Assembly (NCBI GenBank): GCA_951406725.2 | Contig: OX597828.1 | Span: forward strand, 71,796,001-71,860,000 | Direction of reading: 5' to 3' | Origin: Octopus vulgaris | Taxonomy: Eukaryota | DNA length: 64,000 nucleotides | Shown here: positions 1 through 14,170 of the stretch, in pieces | How the letters are laid out: each line of letters begins with the position of its first letter | How positions within the stretch are numbered: the stretch's first letter is position 1 | The notes under the pieces: generated by a model | What the model saw: the letters and a program-made list of their open reading frames with translations, nothing else | Told to the model about the DNA's origin: nothing | Databases searched by the model: none | Program-made: the position numbers and the translations under genes

Positions 1-410
1 ATGGAACATTATTGTCTTTGTTAATGTATATTGACCTATATTGTTTATATTGTATTATTGTGTATATATATATGTGTAGAAATATGAGTGTCTATGCACA
101 CATATTTATATTTATATGTAAATTTTTTTCATACTTACATTAAATTCTCTGAAGAGGCCGTGAGACATTCTTGTTAATGTCTCATTTATACAGCTAATAG
201 GTTAAATGGGACATACCTGTCTTCACGGCCGAAACAGCTGTCAGCTACAATATAAATGTATTTTCTATTACTATTTCTATGTCTTGTTATATTTGTAATA
301 TATTATGTATAATATAACTGCTGTTGTGTAATGGTTTAATAAAGTATTGATTGGGTATTATCTGATGGTTGATGATTGATTTAGGTATATTTCTCCATTT
401 TCTCATTTTG

Positions 411-411
<1 letters not shown>
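1..411 (+). mobile_element. Penelope-like pseudo-LTR (pLTR) fragment ending in (TA)n
   Basis: AT-rich segment with a hammerhead motif (147-244) and AATAAA (~339), ending in a (TA)n tract. This matches the usual Penelope terminal-repeat layout. No ORF. Confidence 0.5.
147..244 (+). ncRNA. Type I hammerhead ribozyme motif with long stem II insert
   Basis: CTGAAGA 149-155; stem II GGCCGTGA(156-163)/TCACGGCC(223-230); GAAA 231-234; palindromic CAGCTG; GUC site ending at 242; stem I only 2 bp (CT/AG). Confidence 0.65.
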
Positions 412-467
<56 letters not shown>

Positions 468-492
468 ATTATATATATATTATATATATATT

Positions 493-529
<37 letters not shown>

Positions 530-766
530 GTATGCACGTATATATGTATGTATGTATGTACGTATATATGTATGTATGTATGTACGTATATATGTATGTA
601 TGTATGTATGTACGTATATATGTATGTATGTATGTATGTACGTATGTATGTAAGTATGTATGTATGTATGTATGTATGTATGCATGTATGTATGTATGTA
701 TGTATGTATGCATGTATGTATGTATGTACGTATGTATGTATGTATGTATGTATGTATGTATGTATG

Positions 767-795
<29 letters not shown>
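412..795. repeat. Compound microsatellite (TA)n then (TATG)n
   Basis: Directly visible; source of the YIYI/YVCM ORFs. Confidence 0.97.
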
Positions 796-798
<3 letters not shown>

Positions 799-1634
799 GT
801 AATGAATATATTGGTATCACATTTATTACTGGTTACAATCGTTTCAATAACAGTCGGGATAGATAAATCCTTGTAGATGCTGGAAACATGTGTTCAGCGT
901 AAGAATATTATAATATTCATTCGAGTGATGCCTTCTGTCTCAACTTTGAGCCTCGCGATTTCTCATTTTATCAAATGATCATTTTAATTCTGTAATGGCG
1001 TTGCTTTGTTGGCGAACACAGGTCACTTAAATCTTACGGAAACGGCTGTAGGTCACAACCAAATAAAAAGAAGAAAAAGGCGCATAAAAATATTTTTCGT
1101 AAAAGAAGACAACTGCACTTCATTTAATCGTAAAAATTCACTGGCTCAAAGACGTTAACTTGGTTTAATCCTCCTTCCAGTTGAAAGCATTCATAAATAC
1201 TGTTAGACAGAACTTTTAAAATCCTGGTTATTATGTACTTCTTTACACAGATATCACAGAGTATTTAACGAGAAATAGTGGAAAGGCAAGCGATACTTGT
1301 ATATGGAACAAAAGTCCACAAATCTCTAGTCACGATAAAACATTTTTTGAACGTCTCATAAGCAACCAGTCCGAATGAAATCGTGGAGTCACAACTAGTT
1401 GTCCCTAAGATAGAAAATATTCACCAACTGAAATAATATACAAAGCTGACTTTGCACGGTTAAAATGTACAGCAGGCTATCGAGAAAAAACTTTAAAAAT
1501 CTTATATTACCAGCGCGTTTATTCCTTTAAATCCAATGGCTGGTGCAATACTACTTCTCTTTCGAAGTACATTTAGTATTTAAAAGATAGAGAGGGAAGA
1601 CACCTTAGAGTAAAATAGGACATTTTTGTTAAGA

Positions 1635-1870
1635 CATGGACAAATAGTTAAGAAACTAGCTTTGCAATCATGACGTCCCACGTTCGATCCTGCAGTATGA
1701 TATTTGGGGAAGGGTACTTTTACAAGCCTTAGTTCGATCCAAGCCTTGTAAATGGAGTTATGTGGGCATAAACTGTGTATGAAGCCTATAAGCACTGCGT
1801 CTGTAATTCAAAGACCCAGCATTGTTTGGCAGTGTAACGCGGAAATTGTCTGATCATTGCGCTAGAAATA
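1635..1870 (+). mobile_element. Old diverged tRNA-derived SINE
   Basis: Degenerate A box and B box (GTTCGATCC ~1682); body resembles the SINE copies elsewhere in the window (aagccttgtaaatgga, ctgtaattcaaag, gctagaaata). Confidence 0.45.
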
Positions 1871-1914
1871 CCTGTGTCTGTGGAATTGTCAGCTGTTTAC
1901 CCACCAATGTAAAG

Positions 1915-2060
1915 AGGCGTGGCCTAGTGGTCAATGCATTCGGTTCATGGTCATAAGGTCGTGGGTTCGATTCCGGGATCACAAGGCGCGTTATGTCTTT
2001 AAGCAAGATGCTTCCTTTGGCGTTGCTTCACTCGACTCAATTGTAATGAATACCAGCTGA
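1915..2060 (+). mobile_element. tRNA-derived SINE family C, 5' part
   Basis: ggcgtggcctagtgg (A box) ... ggttcgattcc (B box) ... tgtctttaagcaagatgc; similar to 10030-10350. Confidence 0.65.
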
Positions 2061-2267
2061 GTGCCCCTGCCCCCCCTCTATCTCTCTCTCTCCAACTGCC
2101 CCATCTTAGATATGCAATTGGCTCAAGAGGAAAGAAACCCGAGAGAGTACCTGTGTCTGCTCGAAACCACACAGGCACCGAAGCCTATTAGCAAAAGCGC
2201 GAGGCCTGTTACAAGGTCACACTCGCTCGCGGATGATGGATGGCAGCACTTTGTGGAGTTATGTTAC

Positions 2268-4945
<2,678 letters not shown>

Positions 4946-5129
4946 TACGTTGATTTGCTTCGTCTCTCCAGGCTATGTCATTGTGAAGGTCGTTCCCTAC
5001 GTTTTCCATCGATCAATCGATCGAATGATAGAACTGAACGATGAAAGCACTCAAACACAGATCTGAAACAGCTGTAAGCTTATAACAAATAAATGTATAT
5101 AACCTATTACTTCTCCCTACTTCATACAT

Positions 5130-5280
5130 GGCGCAGGCATGTGCTTCCCAACCACATGGTTCCGGATTCAGTCCCACTGCGTGGCACCTTGGGCAAGTAT
5201 CTTCTACTATAACCTCGGGCCGACCAATGCCTTGTAAGTGGATTTGATTTGGCAGATGGAAACTGGAATAATTCAGTTGT
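5130..5280 (+). mobile_element. SINE family A, partial
   Basis: ggcgcagg...ccacatggttccggattcagtcccactgcgtggcaccttgggcaagt...; matches the head of 6916-7337. Confidence 0.85.
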
Positions 5281-5384
5281 ATGTATATGTATGTATATAT
5301 ATATATATGTAGGTCGCGGTTGACGGGGTTAACCACAGTAAGGTACTCAATACATGTAAAATCAATTTATTATATAAAGGAGCT

Positions 5385-5427
5385 TCTACAGGACTAGTAC
5401 TGTTTCATTCAAGAGAAATCTTCAGGA
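5385..5427 (-). ncRNA. Hammerhead-like motif (weak stems I and II)
   Basis: Minus strand: tc CTGAAGA tttc-tctt-gaat GAAA cag-tactagtc-ctg TA ga; abuts (TA)n. Confidence 0.45.
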
Positions 5428-5665
5428 TTATATATATATATATATATATATATATACGTGTGTGTGTGTATATACATATATATGTGTATATATATGTATA
5501 TATACATTTAAGTATATATATATATATATTCATATATATATACACACATATATATATATGTATGTGTGTGTGTGCGTGAGTGTGAGTGCTGGCGTGTGCG
5601 TGTATGTGTGTATATATGTATGTATATATATATATATATAATAACACACATTCACACGCCAGACC

Positions 5666-5721
<56 letters not shown>

Positions 5722-6050
5722 TCTGGCGTGTGAATGTGTGTATAATTATGCTACGCTGTACATGTACGCGTGTGTGTATATATGTTGTCCTGTGTGTGCG
5801 CGTATTTACATTTGCTTGTTTGTATGTATGTATGTTTGCACGTGTTTATATAGTGTGTGTATATACATATATGCATGTGTATGCATGTGTGTCTGTTTGT
5901 GTATGTGTAGCTTAGTGTATATTCGTGCTTATGTCAGTATTTACCGCGTTGCTATATCTAGCAAACCAAACGACCGCGACGAGTTCCACACGGCTCTCGG
6001 TCTGTGATTGGTTGAACGTGTGTGAAACCTAAATACGTTATTCCCTTCAG

Positions 6051-6323
6051 AACACGCTGCTCTCTCAGAAGCAGAGTTTTGAGAAGATATCCATCCACTT
6101 TAGGATTTTCTTCTGTTGAACAATATACAAGTTGGCACTTCCTTCCTGTTTATCATGGTTTCATTCTTGAGGAAATCTCTTCTGGTGATTACCATCAAGT
6201 TTCCTTTCGTACTGACCAAATTTCTCATCATGTTCCAAATTAATTCTCCTCCGTTGTATCATGAGATTTTCTGTTTGTAGAGTCTTAGAGTTCCAGCCAA
6301 GAATAGACAATGCGTGGAAGACG
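6051..6323 (+). other. Candidate 5' exon of an unidentified gene (possible ATG at 6310, MRGR, phase 2)
   Basis: Unique sequence; ATTGG (reverse CCAAT) at 6007; ttcccttcAG acceptor ending 6050; ACG|GTAAGA donor at 6324. No homology evidence. Confidence 0.3.
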
Positions 6324-6417
6324 GTAAGAGAGAAACAGCCATAGATTTACGCGCGCGCGCGCACGCACACACACACACACACATACACACACATACACAC
6401 ACACACAGACACACACA

Positions 6418-6464
<47 letters not shown>

Positions 6465-6584
6465 ACACAGACACACATACACACACACACACACACACTC
6501 TCTCACACACACACACACACACGCACGCACACACACTTTTTCACAACTATGTTTGTTTGTAACATAGACGCAAAGGCTCACGGC

Positions 6585-6780
6585 CAGGAATAGGAAGGGG
6601 GTGATTTAGCAGAGTAAATCGATCTAAGTACTTTACAGGTACTTTAATTTGTCGACCGTGGAGAGACGAGAGAGAAATGCGAACTCGGCAGAATTTGAAG
6701 ATAGAACGTAAATAGGTGGAACAAACTCTCTCCGCGAGGCATTTTGCCAGACTCTTAATGCTTCTGCTAGTCCACCAATT
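6585..6780 (-). mobile_element. SINE family B, old copy
   Basis: Reverse complement of the family B body (ggtactttaatttgtcgacc ... ctcggcagaatttgaa). Confidence 0.6.
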
Positions 6781-6865
<85 letters not shown>

Positions 6866-6915
6866 TAATAATAATAATAATCATAATCATAATAATAATA
6901 ATAATAATAATAATA

Positions 6916-7078
6916 GGCGCAGGAGTGGCTGTGTGGTAAGTAGCTTGCTAACCAACCACATGGTACCGGGTTCAGTCCCTCTGTGTGGCATCTTGGGCAA
7001 GTGTCTTCTGCTATAGCCCCGGGCCGACCAATGCCTTGTGAGTGGATTTGGTAGATGGAAACTGAAAGAAGCCTGTCC

Positions 7079-7118
<40 letters not shown>

Positions 7119-7337
7119 TGTGTTTGTCCCTCTAGCATTGCTTGACAACCGATGCTGGTGTGTTTACGTCCCCGTCACTTAGCGGTTCGGCAAAAGACAC
7201 CAATAGAATAAGTACTAGGCTTACAAAGAATAAGTTCTGGGGTCGATTCGTTTCGACTAAAGGCGGTGTTCCAGCATGGCCGCAGTCAAATGACTGAAAC
7301 AAGTAAAAGAGTAAAAGAGTAAAAGACTAAAGAGAGT
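6916..7337 (+). mobile_element. SINE family A, full length (octopus-type tRNA-derived SINE)
   Basis: A box tggctgtgtgg, B box ggttcagtcc, internal (TG)n, (GAGTAAAA)n-like tail; flanked by (TAA)n on both sides; more than 10 copies in the window. Confidence 0.92.
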
Positions 7338-7354
7338 AATAATAATAATAATAA

Positions 7355-8010
7355 ATCTTGTTCAGTATTTACAGAACAGCACAGAAAAACTACCAAAGAC
7401 AGCAAGCAAAGAACGGATGCTGAAACGCGTATTTGGAGAAAAGGAAAAGAATGAAATACCGGGAGAGCACGTCAGACAAATCGAAGAGAAACCTCTGCGT
7501 GGCCAATTTTGAAGAGCCGCTGAAGACGTAAGTGGAACAAAACTCTGGGCTTGATTAAAAAAAGGGCAATTAAAAAAGAAACAGAGCCTAATTGTAGCAG
7601 CCCCAGATCAAGCAATAAAAACAAACAACCCGAGAAAAAAATATATATGGAGAGAATGTGTCGGAAAAATGTAGAGCTTGTGGAACTTGGAACGAGACAG
7701 TGGCACACATTGTGGCAAGCCGGCACAAGAAGAATATAAGAAATGGAGGCACGACTAGGTTGTAAGAGTTTTACACTGGAAACTGCCAGTAATTGGGATT
7801 TGAAGGTGGAAACGCGTGGTACAATCATCGAGTCGAAAGAGTATTTGATTCGAATAAATGTAAGATCTTGAGGGACTTTCCTATTCAAACGGACAAGAAG
7901 TTAAAAGTAATAGACCAGATATTATAATCATAGATAAGGAAAAGCGAAGTTGCTTACTTATCGACCCATCATACCCGTTTGATTCCAGGATCGTAAAGAA
8001 AGAGGATGAA
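7355..8010 (+). mobile_element. R4/Dong-like RLE non-LTR retrotransposon fragment (zinc knuckle plus RLE endonuclease), pseudogenised
   Basis: Frameshifted translation gives KPLRGQF, SLIVAAPDQAIKTN, CRACGTWNETVAHIVAS, KWRHD, WYNH, DFPIQTDKK, NRPDIIIIDKEKRSCLLIDPSYPFD. Begins in (TAA)n. Confidence 0.85.
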
Positions 8011-8064
8011 ATACCGCTGAGCATTTCGCCTGGTGTGCTAACGATTCTGCCAGCTTGCCGCCTT
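8008..8064 (-). mobile_element. SINE family B head fragment
   Basis: Reverse complement of ggcggcaagctggcagaatcgttagcac...aaatgctcagcggtatttc. Confidence 0.75.
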
Positions 8065-8085
8065 AATAATAATAATAACAACAGC

Positions 8086-8453
8086 AACAAGTGCACTCAG
8101 AGTGTGCAAACCTCCACCAAGGCAACACCAACGTCCTCTCAACGATTAGCCAGAGATGCTTTCTAAAATGAGAATATCTGAAATAAACTCGACTGCTCTC
8201 ACAAACGAGAATACTAAAAATGAAACCTACCGCTCTCAAAAATTAAGTAAAAAAAAAAAGAAGGAAAAATAATCCAGAAACCTTGTCCGGTACAGGTCTC
8301 AAAATCTAATCAGTTCGTGCCAGTCACGAGACCAAACATCCCTGAAAGTTTCATCCGAATCCATCCAGCGGTTCTTGGGATATCTTGTCCACGGACAAAC
8401 AAACAAACACGACTGAAAAACAATACCTCCGCCTTAGCGAATGCGGAGGTAAT
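8086..8453 (-). mobile_element. Helentron-associated non-autonomous element (HINE/DINE-1-like)
   Basis: One end AACAAG with a nearby aacctccacc subterminal repeat; other end TACCTCCGC(8424-8432)/GCGGAGGTA(8443-8451) hairpin; internal (CAAA)n; gaaagtttcatccgaatcc core. Confidence 0.65.
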
Positions 8454-9002
8454 AATAATAACAATGATAATCGTTTCGTATATTTGTCAAAGGAGCATTA
8501 GATGAGGGACATATTAAAGAAAGGACAGTTTGTGTTTGTGTTTTGTGTGGAGGTTTGAATAAAATGATGAAGGAAAGAAAGCGAAAAGAGAGGGAAATGT
8601 GGAAAAAAGTATGCATAATCGACATGGTGAGTAAGGGCACGAATGATGCAGTTTCCCTGACAGAGGGGAACCGCCAACTAACGACTACCAAAGTAACCCC
8701 ACAGGTCCAGGATTAACCTGGCATCCAAAACTACAAGCCCTCACCCAAATCTTATTCTCCAATTTACAGGCACGTGTTTAGTGTAGTTCCAGCCCCCCAC
8801 CCTTTGCCATTCTTGTCCCACTCACCTACAGTTTCAGAAATTCACTGGGGCGGGGGAGGACTTCTATTTCCACCCACACTTTCCTTTTTCTAAGTAGAAC
8901 TCGAAAGAAGATGAGGGTTTCTCCGAAGTAGGAGGTGCCCTAAATCCTTCCAGCCTCGTTCACAACGGGAACCTCTTTTGCCACGAGACATAGGAGCAAC
9001 AA

Positions 9003-9008
9003 CTGCTG

Positions 9009-9058
<50 letters not shown>

Positions 9059-9115
9059 GCTGCTGATGCTGCTGCTGCTGCTTGCAAAACCACCACCACC
9101 ACCAGTACCACCATC

Positions 9116-9200
<85 letters not shown>

Positions 9201-9226
9201 CTACTGTTGCTGCTGCTGCTGCTGCT
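9003..9226. repeat. Compound (CTG)/(CTA)/(CCA) trinucleotide repeat
   Basis: Directly visible. Confidence 0.95.
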
Positions 9227-9899
9227 TCATCGGAACCATCATAAAAGCTACTCGTGCGATGAACGTCCCAGCCAGTATACTTTCACTCAAACAGACATTC
9301 CGCCATCTTTCGACCTGTTGTTCACCCTCAACGCCTCACTGACGCCACAATAGTGATTTCATCTACATCAAATCTATTGATTAAAACTTCATGATTTCGT
9401 TAGCATACTTTATACTAATTATTCAACAAAGCGGTGCTCCAGCATGACCGCAGTAAAATAATTAATGAATGAAAGACTAAATCTATTTGATCAAAAGAAG
9501 AAAAAATTGTTTAGATTTTAGATAAATTCGAAACAGTGGCTGGGTGTCTTGACTGAGTTAAGAAGTGTGTCAGCTGGTGGGAGTTACTGGATAAAGGAAC
9601 GAGTCATTTGTGGGGGAGGGGATTAAGGGATTAACGACCAGAATAGCAGGAATGACTTTATACCGAACGGAAATAGAAATGAGAAATAAATAACCGACAT
9701 CTTTAAATTTAGTTTTAATCGGAAATATTAATTTCTGTTTAATCAGATGAGGAATTTAATTTTAATCGAGGAAATTATAGAATTACGTGGTCAATAGCAA
9801 AATGACGCGCGCGCGCGCGTGTGTTGGGATACATGTGCACACTCAGACACACATACAAACATATATATATATATATATATATATGCATACATGCATAAA

Positions 9900-9935
<36 letters not shown>

Positions 9936-9976
9936 TATATATATTCGTATATATATATGCATACATACATATAAAC

Positions 9977-10027
<51 letters not shown>

Positions 10028-10029
10028 AA

Positions 10030-10349
10030 GGCGCGTGGCCTAGTGGTTAGGATATTCGGCTTGAGATCGTAGGATCGCGATTTTGAATCCCCGCAGTGCG
10101 TCGTGTCCTGCAGCAAGACACTTTATTTCATGTTGCTCTAGTCCACTCAGCTGGCAAAAGTGAGTAGCACTTGTATTTCAAGGGGCCGGCCTTGGCACTC
10201 TCTGTGTCACGCTGAATCTCTCTGAGAATTATGTGAAGAGGTACGCGTGTCTCTGGAGTGCCCAGCCACTTGCACGTTAATCTCACGAGCAAGCTGTTCC
10301 GTTGATCAGAGCAACTGGAACCATCGTCGTCGTAAGCGACAGAGTGCCA

Positions 10350-10350
<1 letters not shown>
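10030..10350 (+). mobile_element. SINE family C, near full length
   Basis: ggcgcgtggcctagtggttagg head; gtcctgcagcaagacactttatttca; ccagtccactcagctggc-like body; ends cgtcgtcgtaagcgacagagtgcca before (TA)n. Confidence 0.85.
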
Positions 10351-10432
<82 letters not shown>

Positions 10433-10857
10433 CATCATATATATATATATAAATACATCATATATATATATAAATACATCATATATATATATATATTAGA
10501 CCTTATACATGTCATGTAGACACACATCTTAAATTCGAGATCAAATACTTTTTCCTTTTTCTCTTGTCTTTCTTCATGCTTTTACTTCTTTGAAAGAAAG
10601 TGCGTCACTCGAAATGTTAGGTTCCTTTTTCTTTTGCCTAATTTTCTTCATTATACACTTCTTTGATTGTTTTTTTCTTCTTCTGAAGCATTGTATTTCT
10701 ATGCTTTTTAATCATACAATTGCTCTTGTCTAACACCTTGTATTATTTGTTTGTTTGTCTCTTCTCTACATCTCCACCTTACTTGTGTTATTTGGGAGAT
10801 TTTCATCTATCTATTTATCTATCTGTCTGTCTATCTGTCTGTCTGTCTATCTGTCTG

Positions 10858-10924
<67 letters not shown>

Positions 10925-10943
10925 GTCTGTCTGTCTATTTCTA

Positions 10944-12478
10944 TCGGGAGCAAAAAATTAACCGGGAAACGTCAGTGGGCTTGCGGCTCGGCACCTGGAG
11001 AAACAAGCCCCTGCCGTCCAACAGCGTCTCCATCGTGGGACGCTGGACCGACGGACCGGTTAAATTGCTCGGAGTCTGGTTCGGTCCGGACCTCCAAATG
11101 GAGAAGAACTGGGGGTGGCCACTCTCACCCAGCAATGGGCTATCTCTAAAAGGTCGGGCGAAAGTGGCGAACGCGTACATCGCATCCGTCATCGAGTACC
11201 GTCTGACCGTCGTGCCTTGTCCCGACCGACACTAGAACGCATACTCTTCCGCTTCTTATGGAAGGGAAACGTTCCGATGGTTAGGCGATCCATTTGCTGT
11301 CAACACCAACTAAATGGAGGGCTAGGCATGCCGTGGTTGATGATGCGCAGACATGCGCTGAGACTGCGACATCTCCGGCGCTTCATAGACGACGGTGAAC
11401 AGGTGTGGTTGCCGTTTCTTCGGCGCACTTTCCCGCAGCTCGAAACCTTGGCCGAACTGCAGCCGTGGATCAAACAGAGACTGAAGCTAGGCGAATGGTA
11501 CCGCGAGTGTCCCGTTGCTCTCAAGCAACTCTGCTGTCCGGGAACAAACTTGTGCGACTTCATTACAACAAAGGCGTTCTACAGAGGATTAGTGGAGGGG
11601 AGGTGCGACGACGTCCTTGGGCAGAATCTGGGCGTCGACGAGGAACACCTGACAGGCTGTTCAGGACAACTTTCGGGCCGGGAGCTATGGACAATCACCA
11701 AAGATCCTTGGCCTGGGATCTTTGGCCTGGGATCGTCTATCGAAAAGCATTACCCGTTCGGGATAAGCTCTACAGGCACGGTTCGAGACATACCGGACCG
11801 ACTTGTCCGAGATGCGGTCAGTGCGACGAAACCGTTCTGCACGCATTCGTGCAGTGTCCAACCATTTCGGACCTGTGAGCTTATACCGAACGGCTGCTGT
11901 CACGTGTGGGACGAGTCCGCCTGTCGGCTGAGTCTATCGTGACAATTGGTCCGCCACCTTCCCTCACCGGGAAGGCCATAGTGAAATAATGTGTGCGTCG
12001 GACTCGAGCGAAAGGATTAGAGACAAACACTTACCTCTCTGATCTATCGCTCATCAACTTTTTCAAGTACCACTTGAAAAGGAAGGTGAGAATGGAGAGG
12101 CAGGTTTTGTTTCGTGAAAGTTAAAAAAAAAAGGTGGGTGAATGTAGCAAAGATGGTGCATGCGAGCGACGAAACCACTTTGAGCATGATCTTGTAAATC
12201 GAAAACAGAGAGAGCGAGCACTTTGCTCTCATGTGTTTATTCCCTCCATGGCTGAGGTTACCGTGGTCTTTTCCGTTGGTTTTCTTTCCACGGATAAACC
12301 TAATCTTGCTTCTTACATTTAAAAAATTCTTTTGTGATACACGATCCCTTTTGATCGCCTTTCTTTTTTCCCCGAGCCCTTTTGATCGGAATTTTACTTT
12401 GTTTCTCTTTTTTCCCTTTTTCTTTTTCATTTGTATTTATCTCCTCTCTGTTCAGCCCTGTGTGGCCAAGAAAGGAAG
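10944..12478 (+). mobile_element. 5'-truncated L1/Tx1-clade LINE (ORF2 C-terminal region, frameshifted) inside (TATC)n
   Basis: SGAKIN, VKLLGVWFG, LSLKGRAKVANAYIAS, FRFLWKG, GGLGMP, ALPVRDKL and CPRCGQCDETVLHAFVQC (zf-RVT-type CCHC), spread over ORFs 10720, 11115 and 11405; T-rich 3' UTR; (TATC)n on both sides. Confidence 0.9.
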
Positions 12479-12525
<47 letters not shown>

Positions 12526-12664
12526 ATTTCAGTCTGTCTGTCTGTCTGCTTGTCTATGTGTTTGTCTGTCTATCTATCAGTCTATCTCTCTCCCACACTC
12601 TGTCTGAATATGCATGTATGCATTCATACACACACACCTGCCTACACTCACGCACACACACACA

Positions 12665-12695
<31 letters not shown>

Positions 12696-12744
12696 GATGT
12701 ATGCATTTAGGTATAAATATATATAAATACATATATATATATAC

Positions 12745-12814
<70 letters not shown>

Positions 12815-13068
12815 TTATACACACACACACATGCACACACACACACACACACACAAATAAGTACATAAAGGGAACGTGGAAATGTGGCTCTGACGGAGAA
12901 ATTCGATTAGCGAACGCCCCGCCACCACCACCACCACTGCTATTCCCCCACCCCACCACCACACAACAACAACAGCAGCAACAACTGACGTAAGATGCCC
13001 AAGATTCCGCTGCTAATTGATCTTATTTGGCAGTTCCAGAATGGTACACAGTTTCAAAAGTGTCTATT

Positions 13069-13112
<44 letters not shown>

Positions 13113-13629
13113 GGCATGCATGCATGCATATGTGCGAATATGAATATATAACGCATGAATAGACTTACAAGTGAGAAGTATGTTGAACTTACACACGCAT
13201 TTAAACATATAGACATACACACACATACACACACTTAAAGTGGGAGAGAGAGAGAGCGAGAGTGAGAGAAACTCTAAAGAAACATACAATCAGACACAGC
13301 ACGTATTTGCCTATGTATACAGACGCATACACACAAGCACGTACACACACACACATGTACAGACGCACACACACACACATATATATGCATACACACACGC
13401 ACACCAACTTGTGCATTCACGCTGGTGTGAATTGTAATTAAGCGGAAGAAAGCACACAACACTCTTAAGTAAAATGGAATTATTTATTTAAAGCTGATTC
13501 TGTATCGATCATTACTCAGGGTTCCTCGTTCCCACTGTTCGGGCGACTGCAGCTAAAAGCGCTGCCAGCGACTTATGCAAATTTTATCTCTCAAAGTCCT
13601 TCTGGGAGGTGCAACGGCCCTCTCTAGAT

Positions 13630-13698
13630 GCCGAATCGCTAAGCTACAGTGACGTAAACACACCAACATCGGTTGTCAGGCGGTGATGGAGGGAAAAA

Positions 13699-13796
<98 letters not shown>

Positions 13797-13958
13797 GACA
13801 GGCTTCTTTCAGTTTCCGTCTGCCAAATCCATTCACAAGGCTTTCGTTGGTCCGAGGCTGTAGTAGAAGACACCTACCGAAGGTGCCACACAGTGAGACT
13901 GAACCCGGAACCGTGAGGTTGGGAAGCAACCGTGTCACAACACAACCACGCCTGCGCC
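13630..13958 (-). mobile_element. SINE family A, partial
   Basis: Reverse complement of family A with internal (CA)n. Confidence 0.85.
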
Positions 13959-14115
13959 TACACCTATGCACATAGTTATGCGTGTATTATTTGTGGGTTA
14001 ACAATGCGTAGGAATGTTGAGAAATGGCGTCCATGTTGGATGAGACTGTCCATTATTCTCATCCAAAATGGCGGCCAAGTGGAACACTTGAAAAATTGCA
14101 GCATTTTTCGGTAGC

Positions 14116-14168
<53 letters not shown>

Positions 14169-14170
<2 letters not shown>

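Noticed and set aside
1250-1430. Possible exon on either strand
   Set aside because: Early stop codons and no recognisable protein.
5060-5080. GAAACAGCTGTAAG half-hammerhead
   Set aside because: The 5' core and stem II are unrecognisable; at most a decayed pLTR end.
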